DNA of 64,000 nt from an uncultured Chitinophagaceae bacterium (GTDB lineage Bacteria > Bacteroidota > Ignavibacteria > UBA10030 > UBA8401). The notes beneath the pieces were generated by a model that worked only from the letters and a program-made list of their open reading frames with translations, made no database searches and was not told where the DNA came from. Positions 45,001 to 52,257 of this stretch are shown here, one piece after another; position 1 is the first letter of the stretch; every line of letters starts with the position of its first letter. Position numbers and translations under genes: made by a program. The stretch is taken from positions 133,236 through 197,235 of the forward strand of contig CAYTOA010000001.1 of NCBI GenBank assembly GCA_964439265.1, given 5' to 3'.

Positions 45001-45825
45001 TTACTTTATCTTTGCCTGTGCTCTTTGCAGGTACTCGCTGTTGGGGTACAGCTCTACAAATTTCTTGTACTCGACCTGCGCTTGCTGACGATTTCCCATC
45101 CGTTCATAACTTTGCGCGATCATGAACTGAGAATCGTCTTTCTTCTCCGAAATCCTAAACTTCAGCACTTCGTCGAAATGCTGTATCGCCGTTTTGTATT
45201 CGTGCATTCCGAAGTGACAGAGACCGATCCAATAGTGGCAATTATCGGCATAGTCGGACCTGATTCCGCCGTCGAGCAGTGATTGAAACTCGCTTATCGC
45301 CTCTTTGAATTTTCGTTCCTTCGCAAGCGAGACCGCGCCTTCGTAGTGCTGGATATTTGCGTCGCTCGATCTGCCCGCAGGAGCTCTCTTCATCGACATT
45401 GAACTTCCAGATGCTGCCGATGACGGCTTTGCTGCCTTTTCCTGTGCCGTGATCTGAGCCGCTTCAAGATCAGAAACTTTGGCCATGAGGTCTTTATTCT
45501 TTTGATCCGAGGCGTCGAGCTTTTGCTGGAGTTGAATATTCTCCGTCTTGATTTCCTCTATCTGCTGCTGAAGCATCTCTTCTTTGGTCGGTGGGGCTTG
45601 CTGCACCATCGCGGTCGTATCGGTAGGGGCTGCAATGGCCGTTGTGTCATGGGCGATCATCGTTGAATCGGAATGGACCGCGGCGGTGTCGATCTTTGTT
45701 GAATCCGTTTGAGTCGTCTCCGAAGAACCGCCGCATCCGATGAAGCCTGCAAACGCGATGAGTGCCACAAAACCAACTGCCTGACGAGCAGTTACTCTCG
45801 CCATGCTGGGTATCCAGGAAGCCAT
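45001..45825 (-). CDS. YbgF/CpoB-like TPR lipoprotein with a coiled-coil linker
   Basis: Signal plus lipobox (FIGCGG), a Q/E-rich coiled coil, and C-terminal TPR units (YEGAVSLAKERKFKEAI..., YWIGLCHFGMHEYKTAI...). Confidence 0.75.
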   Translation of the reverse strand: MASWIPSMARVTARQAVGFVALIAFAGFIGCGGSSETTQTDSTKIDTAAVHSDSTMIAHDTTAIAAPTDTTAMVQQAPPTKEEMLQQQIEEIKTENIQLQQKLDASDQKNKDLMAKVSDLEAAQITAQEKAAKPSSAASGSSMSMKRAPAGRSSDANIQHYEGAVSLAKERKFKEAISEFQSLLDGGIRSDYADNCHYWIGLCHFGMHEYKTAIQHFDEVLKFRISEKKDDSQFMIAQSYERMGNRQQAQVEYKKFVELYPNSEYLQRAQAKIK

Positions 45826-46029
45826 AGATCCTCCGAACGATTGTTCAACATATGGTGTGTCAGTGAGTAGGTTCGCAACGCATTGAATGCTAATGTATTA
45901 AAGGCTCGTTTGAAAGTCAAGTATGCGGTGAGAAATAGTTTACCCGCGCCCTGATGTGACCTAGAACTCCGAGAACTGCTCGCTTGTGCTCGGCGAATTT
46001 CAAAGAAGGCTTTGAAAACGTGCATTTAA

Positions 46030-46071
46030 TTGACATTCTGGCTAAAAACATTTATTTTCGAAATGTATAAT
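46030..46071 (+). promoter_or_regulatory. Promoter candidates upstream of the trpB2 leader
   Basis: TTGACA (46030-46035), a 17-nt spacer, then TATTTT; and an extended -10 TGTATAAT at 46064-46071. Confidence 0.4.
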
Positions 46072-46101
46072 TAATGCCGAAATGTGAATTACTGTAAATA
46101 T

Positions 46102-46174
46102 CCTTGCCGATCAGGTCTTGCACATATTCGCCCACCTCTTGGTCTTTACACTCTGATCGGCAGAGGTATTTTTT
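46102..46174 (+). terminator. Attenuator- or terminator-like hairpin in the region upstream of trpB2
   Basis: TGCCGATCAG (46105-46114) pairs with CTGATCGGCA (46153-46162), extendable by CCT/AGG, and is followed by TATTTTTT (to 46174). It lies ~170 nt before the ATG. Confidence 0.45.
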
Positions 46175-46342
46175 GAACGAACCACCCTCTTACGATGTAG
46201 TGCGCAGCATTCGAAGATCCCTCCAGCCTGAACGCCGATACCCGCGACTTGAAGATTCTCATTGAAGAAACGCCGCATCGTATCCTTTGCTGAAAATTAA
46301 TTTTCAATTATTGTCCTCTCATCATTTGATGGAGTTAGCACT

Positions 46343-47710
46343 ATGAGCGATCAATATAAATTCTTGCTTGATGAAAGAAAGATTCCCAAGGCGTGGTACA
46401 ACATCAACGCCGATATGCCGGTGGCTCCCGCCCCCGTTTTGCATCCTGGAACAATGCAGCCCGTCACTCCCGATTTCCTCAGCGTTCTCTTCCCGATGAA
46501 CCTAATCATGCAGGAAGTAAGCACGGAACGATGGATTGAAATTCCGGATCCTGTGCGGGAAGTTTACAAATTGTGGCGGCCGACGCCCATGCATCGCGCG
46601 GTGCGCCTGGAAAAGGCGATCGGAACGCCCGCCCATATTTATTACAAATATGAAGGCGTAAGTCCGGTCGGCTCGCACAAGCCGAATACTGCCGTTCCTC
46701 AGGCTTTTTTTAACAAGGACGCAGGGACAAAAGCGCTGACTACGGAAACGGGCGCGGGCCAATGGGGATCAGCCCTCGCGATGGCGTGTAATTTTTTTGG
46801 ATTGGACCTGGAAGTATACATGGTAAAAGTATCGTACCATCAGAAGCCGTACCGGCGGATTATCATGGAGAATTTCGGAGCGCGGGTCTATGCAAGTCCA
46901 ACCGACAGGACTCAATTCGGAAGGAAAGTATTAGCTGAACATCCCGATTCGCAGGGATCTCTCGGAATGGCAATATCTGAGGCGGTTGAAGTTGCCGCGA
47001 CAAGCGGCGGGACAAAGAAATACAGTCTCGGATCCGTACTCGGGCATGTTCTCATGCATCAAACAGTGATCGGCATCGAGGCGCTTGAACAAATGGAAAT
47101 GGCCGGCGAATATCCGGATATCGTCATCGGCTGCGCCGGCGGCGGGTCGAACTTTGCAGGATTTGCGTTCCCGTTCGTCCACCAGAATCTTACCAACGGC
47201 AAGAAAGCGAGAATTATCGCCGTCGAGCCCGCATCGTGTCCGAGTCTGACAAAGGGCAAATATACGTACGACTACGGCGATGCCGCGGCAATGGCTCCGA
47301 TCGTCAAGATGCACACCCTCGGGCACACATTTATGCCGCCGGGAATACACGCCGGCGGACTTCGCTATCACGGAATGGCGCCGAGCGTCAGCGCGTTGGT
47401 CGACCACGGCGACATTGAGGCGCAAGCAGTGAATCAACTGGAAACGTTTGAGGCTGCGGTGAAGTTTTCGCAATCGGAGGGGATCATCCCGGCGCCCGAA
47501 TCAGCCCACGCGATACGCGTCGCCATCAACGAAGCGTTGAAGTGCAAACAAACCGGCGAGAAGAAGGTGATCGCATTCAACCTCTCGGGCCACGGGCATT
47601 TCGACATGACGGCATACGAACAATATCGATTGGGAGAACTCCAGGACTTTGAATATCCTTCTGCTGCGATCGAGGAAGCGATGACTCACCTTCCCAAAGT
47701 TCCTGCGTGA
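46343..47710 (+). CDS. TrpB2-type (TrpB-like) PLP-dependent enzyme
   Basis: 455 aa with [11 protein letters not shown] (PLP Lys), [11 protein letters not shown] and the N-terminal extension typical of the long TrpB2 clade. There is no trpA nearby. Confidence 0.88.
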   Translation: MSDQYKFLLDERKIPKAWYNINADMPVAPAPVLHPGTMQPVTPDFLSVLFPMNLIMQEVSTERWIEIPDPVREVYKLWRPTPMHRAVRLEKAIGTPAHIYYKYEGVSPVGSHKPNTAVPQAFFNKDAGTKALTTETGAGQWGSALAMACNFFGLDLEVYMVKVSYHQKPYRRIIMENFGARVYASPTDRTQFGRKVLAEHPDSQGSLGMAISEAVEVAATSGGTKKYSLGSVLGHVLMHQTVIGIEALEQMEMAGEYPDIVIGCAGGGSNFAGFAFPFVHQNLTNGKKARIIAVEPASCPSLTKGKYTYDYGDAAAMAPIVKMHTLGHTFMPPGIHAGGLRYHGMAPSVSALVDHGDIEAQAVNQLETFEAAVKFSQSEGIIPAPESAHAIRVAINEALKCKQTGEKKVIAFNLSGHGHFDMTAYEQYRLGELQDFEYPSAAIEEAMTHLPKVPA

Positions 47711-47722
47711 TGTGTACTTCGT

Positions 47723-47793
47723 CTCACGCGAAGGCGCGAAGATACCACTTAGGATCATCTTGCGACTTTGCGTCTTTGCGTGAGCATTTTTTT
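47723..47793 (+). terminator. Terminator hairpin after trpB2
   Basis: CTCACGCGAAGGCGCGAAG (47723-47741) pairs with CTTTGCGTCTTTGCGTGAG (47766-47784) using several G-U pairs, then CATTTTTTT. Confidence 0.6.
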
Positions 47794-48700
47794 AGAAGGA
47801 CGAATTGCGCCTGGCTTCCTCAGCGATCAGCTTTTGAATCATTTGCACGACATCGTCGGGAACCCCGTCCGCATGTTTGGATTGCAATCTCATGTCGCAC
47901 ACCTCGTTCACATAATCGACGACGACGAACGTATTGCCTTCGGTAACCGCGATCTCGGATGAAAAAAAATCGAGGCCGCATATTTTCTGTATTTTCTTCA
48001 TTGATTCTCTCAGCGCGGAGAGGCCGTAATGCTCTTCTTCATCCGGGCCGACGCGCCGGTAAATATGCGTGACGTCGTTCCACCAGCAGGGAATAATTTC
48101 GCCGAAGGCGTAGAGCACGCGGAACCACGCTTTGGTCTCGCCCAGGAATCTCGGTTTTACGGTTTCCTGCAAGAGGTATTTGTCGTTCTTATGATGCTGC
48201 CGCGTTTCAATGACGTCCTTCAGGGACTCCGCTCCAAGAACTACTCCGATACCGCCTCCCGTTGTGTTGGCAGGTTTAATGATAAACGGTCTGCCTAACC
48301 TTGCGAGTTCAGAAAGACTCAACTCCAGTTCTTTCTTCTTATTGAACGGCGAAATAATGATTGTGTACGGCACATAAAGCCCGTTCGTGATGAACTCCAG
48401 GTGCATCGTTGCTTTGTCCTTTGCTCGGTCGACTTGTTCGTCCATGTTAAAGAAACGCGTTGAGGTTTTGGTCAGGAAGCGGACGAGCGGCTTATACGTT
48501 TCGTCGTCGTCCGATGCCCGGTCCAGAAAGGAGCGAAAGGCGATTTCGCCCGCCCGCAATCGTTGAAGAGTCTCCAAAACATTGGCAGGTTCAACCCGGT
48601 ACGTCGTCAACCCCAATGCCGCACATGCACGTTCGGTACCGGCGACAAAGTCGGCATCGTACACCCAATTCCACGCAAGCCCGAGAGAGAATGTTTCCAT
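47792..48700 (-). CDS. ATP-grasp-fold protein, substrate unknown
   Basis: FIIKPANTTGGGIGV (P-loop-like Gly-rich strand), YLLQETV, and FFSSEIAVTEGNTFVVVDYVNEVCD (Mg/ATP region). Start taken at METFSLG; the in-frame ATG at 48835 is an alternative. Confidence 0.65.
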   Translation of the reverse strand: METFSLGLAWNWVYDADFVAGTERACAALGLTTYRVEPANVLETLQRLRAGEIAFRSFLDRASDDDETYKPLVRFLTKTSTRFFNMDEQVDRAKDKATMHLEFITNGLYVPYTIIISPFNKKKELELSLSELARLGRPFIIKPANTTGGGIGVVLGAESLKDVIETRQHHKNDKYLLQETVKPRFLGETKAWFRVLYAFGEIIPCWWNDVTHIYRRVGPDEEEHYGLSALRESMKKIQKICGLDFFSSEIAVTEGNTFVVVDYVNEVCDMRLQSKHADGVPDDVVQMIQKLIAEEARRNSSF

Positions 48701-48850
48701 CGTCCAAAATAACCAAAAAGTTTTATGAAGGCGCAAGCCTGAGGTGCGAAGCTTTGGTGAATCTACGACCTTCGCCGTAGAGATTGAAAAGTAATGTAAT
48801 ACATAATCGCAATTCAGCGGATGCCATGGCATCACGACATGCGAACAACT

Positions 48851-49678
48851 CTAGAGAGCTTTCAATGCCCGCTGCCGCCTGACTTCGTACATGATGACGG
48901 CGCTCGCACTTGCGACATTGAGCGAGTCCACTCCGGTCATCATGGGAATTGTGGCCTCGACATCGCAGGCGGCGAGCACGCGCTCAGAGATGCCGTGTCC
49001 TTCGCCTCCCAGTACGACGCAGCAATTTCCGGAAAAGTCAACGCTGTCGATCTGGATGTTCGTCGGCCGGGGATGAGCGGCTATGATCGTGACGTTGTAC
49101 TCTGAACGGATCCTTCGCAAATCGCTGGCGATATCCGTGAGATAGATGATAGGTAATGAAAATATATTTCCCATTGAGTTCCGGACCGACCGCCGGAGGT
49201 AGGGGTCGCACGATGTCTCCCCGACGAGCAATGCGCTCGCGCCAAACGATGCGCAATTGCGTACAATGACGCCCAGGTTTTCCGAGTTCATAATCGCATC
49301 GGCCGCCGCAAAGAAGAGAGGGCGTTCCGCTTCAGCGGCCACCCCCTCGAGCGTTGCTCGTTCAGGGACTTGTGCCACAGCCATGATTCCCTTGTGGAGC
49401 TGGAATCCTACAATTGCCTCCATCAATTCTTTCCGGGCGATATAGACACTGATGGTTTCTTTCCGTGTCTCTAGCAGCGTCCTGTATTGTGAAAACCACT
49501 CTTCGGTCAACAAGATGGAAATTGATCTGACCGGGCTGCTGAGTAATCGTCGGACGACTTTTTCTCCTTCAGCAACAAAGATCCCTTCTTTCTGATGTTC
49601 CAGAGGCCGTTTGAGCGTGCGGTAGGTCTCAAGATGAGGGTGCTCAACTGAGCCGACATATGTGATGATTAACGGCAT
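48851..49678 (-). CDS. TrmH/SpoU-family RNA 2'-O-methyltransferase
   Basis: 275 aa with NLGVIVRNCASFG, VLGGEGHGIS and IPMMTGVDSLNVASASAV (knot motifs). Confidence 0.88.
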   Translation of the reverse strand: MPLIITYVGSVEHPHLETYRTLKRPLEHQKEGIFVAEGEKVVRRLLSSPVRSISILLTEEWFSQYRTLLETRKETISVYIARKELMEAIVGFQLHKGIMAVAQVPERATLEGVAAEAERPLFFAAADAIMNSENLGVIVRNCASFGASALLVGETSCDPYLRRSVRNSMGNIFSLPIIYLTDIASDLRRIRSEYNVTIIAAHPRPTNIQIDSVDFSGNCCVVLGGEGHGISERVLAACDVEATIPMMTGVDSLNVASASAVIMYEVRRQRALKAL

Positions 49679-49709
49679 TAAATCAGGGCCTATTTTTTGG
49701 ATACATTTG

Positions 49710-49852
49710 CCGGTGCGGGTATTGTTACAGTTTGATGTTTTGAATTTTGAACACTGGATTCCCGATAAAAACGTTCGGAAATGACGCAGCCTCTAACTCG
49801 TCATGCCCGCATGATTCTGGCGGGCATCCAAATTGTAACAACACCCCGGTGC
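49710..49852. other. Structured non-coding element (candidate ncRNA) within a ~550-nt gene-free region
   Basis: A long-range stem, 49717-49734 with 49829-49846 (18 positions, 1 mismatch, 1 G-U), encloses the perfect hairpin ATGCCCGC/GCGGGCAT (49803-49810 / 49820-49827) and ATGACG/CGTCAT. Confidence 0.3.
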
Positions 49853-50231
49853 ATGAAAAATTGACTTTGGGGAATCGATTATATTGTACATCAATTTTCT
49901 GTTCTTTCAAAACGATGCTCAACTCCTTTCGTGCAAATGCGCGTCAATGACTCATATTGCTGGATTTCGCTGCATCAACAGTCATCCTGCAATTGAATCA
50001 CCGTCATCCTCTCAGTATTTTGTAAAATTATGCGAATAAGCATTAATGCATCCATCATGCAGCAATCAATTCCCGGCTTTCACAATACATGGGTCTGATT
50101 GATTAAGAGAGAGAATACTATTTGGGTTGATGCGATCCAACTAAGCATTTTCCTCCACAAGTAGCGTAAACCATTACACGAGGCATCCTTGCCTTCCCCT
50201 TCAAAGTTTTGTATATTTCACGTCGAAAATC

Positions 50232-50305
50232 GCACCCATAGCTCAACTGGATAGAGCATCAGACTTCGAATCTGAGGGTTGGGGGTTCGACTCCCTCTGG
50301 GTGCA
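50232..50305 (+). tRNA. tRNA-Arg (anticodon TCG)
   Basis: GCACCCA acceptor paired with TGGGTGC, D-arm AGCTCAACTGGATAGAGC, anticodon stem-loop TCAGA-CTTCGAA-TCTGA, T-arm GGGGGTTCGACTCCCTC. CCA is not encoded. Confidence 0.93.
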
Positions 50306-50488
50306 CGACAACGCCGAATTTCAAATTCTCCAAAAGCTGTCCTCTCATTTTCTCGTTGTCACCAATGCAGTGATCAGATGGCATGAAGCGTAAAATTCAG
50401 AGAAACATTCGAAGGAGATGAGTAGAACGCCGCCTGAAAAAAGGAATAGCTATTTAACTCTTTGACGAGCAATCCGCAAAATACCGCC

Positions 50489-51775
50489 ATGAATTCTCCT
50501 TCGGGTGCCCCCGATAAAGCCGCGGCAAAGCAATGCCTTCTGGCAGCAGATCGCTTTTTGAAGGAGTCGCGATTTCAGGAAGCTCGAACGGAGATTGAGA
50601 AGGCGAAGAAGTTGGATCCGGCCAATGTTTACGTCGTCGCGTTTCTGGACCGCATAAATTATTTCGAAGCTCAGAAGAAAAAAGAAGCCGGTCCCGTTGC
50701 TGCTGCACCTCCGCCTGTTGCTCCACAAGCTGCAGCACCAACACCCGTTGCTGTTGCGCCAGCGCGGCCAGCCGCACCGACCGCTTCAGCACCGCCGGCC
50801 ATGAAGCCGGCACCGGCGGCGGCTCCGCCCAAACCGGCCGCTCAAGTTGTTCCGCCGCAGCCGCCCGTCGTAACTCCGCCGCCAGCTGCAATTGCTTCGA
50901 CCCCTCGACCAAAAGAAGTTTCTGCCGACCCGGTGCCGACACCTGCAGAGCAAAAGGCGATGGAGGCAACGCTGGAGGAGATGAAGCGCCAAATTCAAAT
51001 GCTATCGCATTCACTCGAGGTGGAAAAGAAGGCTCGGGAAGAGATGACGAATCAGCAGCTTGAATCGAACGTCAGGCAGTTGAGGAATTCTTTCGAAAAA
51101 TCCTGGATGAACGGTGCACCGAACGACGCCGAAGCCGCAGAGCTTCATAAGCTTGCGGTATCCCTCTCGATACCCGAGAATGTCGAACAATCGCTCCGTC
51201 GCGAGGTGAAGTTGAAGATGTACAGCAATGCCGTGAAAGAAGTTATTGCCAAACGTCAGCTCTTGCGGAGTTCTTCATCCACGTTTGAGTGGCTGCGGAA
51301 GGTCTACCAGGTAACGATGGAAGAGTACCTCGAGTATGAAACGAAATTCCTCCTCGACCTCGTTGCCGACCAGTATAAGGGGACGGTTCTTTATGTTTCG
51401 CCGAACGTCAAGACGAAGGACGAGCTGATCCCCCGGCTCAAATCCGCTGGTTACGCCGTGGTCTTATCCGGTTCGCCCGAAGAGGCGCTCGAAAAAATTG
51501 AGAAAGTGAACCCCAATCTCATCTTATGCCACACGGAATTTTCTGCGGGCAGCCTGAGCGGGATAAAATTCCTGCACCTGCTCCGAGCAACAGTAAAATT
51601 TAATTTTATCCCGTTTATTCTCTTGTGCCAGGAATCGGAAGTGGCTCAGCTTCAATCGTCGGAGCTGCGGCATCACGAGGGATTCTTGAAGAAACCGGTG
51701 GATGTGGAAGAACTGATGATTGCCATGAACGAGAAGTTGGCTCATTTCCGCGATTATGTTTCGTCGCTGAGCTAA
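50489..51775 (+). CDS. TPR-like / Pro-Ala-rich / helical module / degenerate (pseudo-)receiver protein
   Basis: Same architecture as 1338-2414, but the receiver lacks the acidic pocket: VLYVSPN instead of DD, LILCHTEF with His in place of the phospho-Asp, and FILLCQ. KKP is retained. The ATG at 50489 is preferred over the TTG at 50462. Confidence 0.75.
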   Translation: MNSPSGAPDKAAAKQCLLAADRFLKESRFQEARTEIEKAKKLDPANVYVVAFLDRINYFEAQKKKEAGPVAAAPPPVAPQAAAPTPVAVAPARPAAPTASAPPAMKPAPAAAPPKPAAQVVPPQPPVVTPPPAAIASTPRPKEVSADPVPTPAEQKAMEATLEEMKRQIQMLSHSLEVEKKAREEMTNQQLESNVRQLRNSFEKSWMNGAPNDAEAAELHKLAVSLSIPENVEQSLRREVKLKMYSNAVKEVIAKRQLLRSSSSTFEWLRKVYQVTMEEYLEYETKFLLDLVADQYKGTVLYVSPNVKTKDELIPRLKSAGYAVVLSGSPEEALEKIEKVNPNLILCHTEFSAGSLSGIKFLHLLRATVKFNFIPFILLCQESEVAQLQSSELRHHEGFLKKPVDVEELMIAMNEKLAHFRDYVSSLS

Positions 51776-51805
51776 GAAATTCTGACCATTGAAAGGGATG
51801 TGAAT

Positions 51806-52180
51806 ATGAGCAAGAAGATTTTGTTGGCAGAGGATGACGAGGACAACCGGGATTTGGTTTCATTCGTCCTTCAGCGAAGCCGTCTCGGCGCCGAGCTCGT
51901 CATTGCTGAAAACGGCCAGGAGGCCGTGGACAAAGCGATCGAGCACCTGCCAAGCCTCATCCTTATGGACATGCAGATGCCGGTGATGGATGGATGGACG
52001 GCGATTCCTATTTTGAAAGGAGATTCGCGGACGAAGCACATTCCGATCATCGCGTTCACTGCCCAGGCAAAGCCCGAGGATAAGTTGCGGACGCTTGAGA
52101 TCGGATGCGCGGAACACTACTCGAAGCCGATGGATCCGGAAGAGCTCATCGCTCTTATCAGGAAGTATCTTGCAGATTAA
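51806..52180 (+). CDS. Single-domain CheY-like response regulator
   Basis: ILLAEDDEDN, LILMDMQMPVMDG, IIAFTA and YSKPMD motifs. Confidence 0.9.
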   Translation: MSKKILLAEDDEDNRDLVSFVLQRSRLGAELVIAENGQEAVDKAIEHLPSLILMDMQMPVMDGWTAIPILKGDSRTKHIPIIAFTAQAKPEDKLRTLEIGCAEHYSKPMDPEELIALIRKYLAD

Positions 52181-52257
52181 CTTTTGGAGCGTATGACAAT
52201 GAAGTTCCTGCTCAATAGCACTTGTCGTGTCTTATGCTCTATGTCGAGGAGAAGACT

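Noticed and set aside
45792-46025. 77-aa minus-strand ORF upstream of the YbgF-like gene
   Set aside because: It overlaps the start of the 45001-45825 gene in another frame and has no RBS or recognisable features.
46176-46195. T-box-like GGGTGGT motif (present as ACCACCC on the plus strand)
   Set aside because: It is on the wrong strand for trpB2. On the minus strand it would precede a YbgF-like lipoprotein gene, not an aminoacyl-tRNA-related gene. I found no specifier-loop or AGAGA elements.
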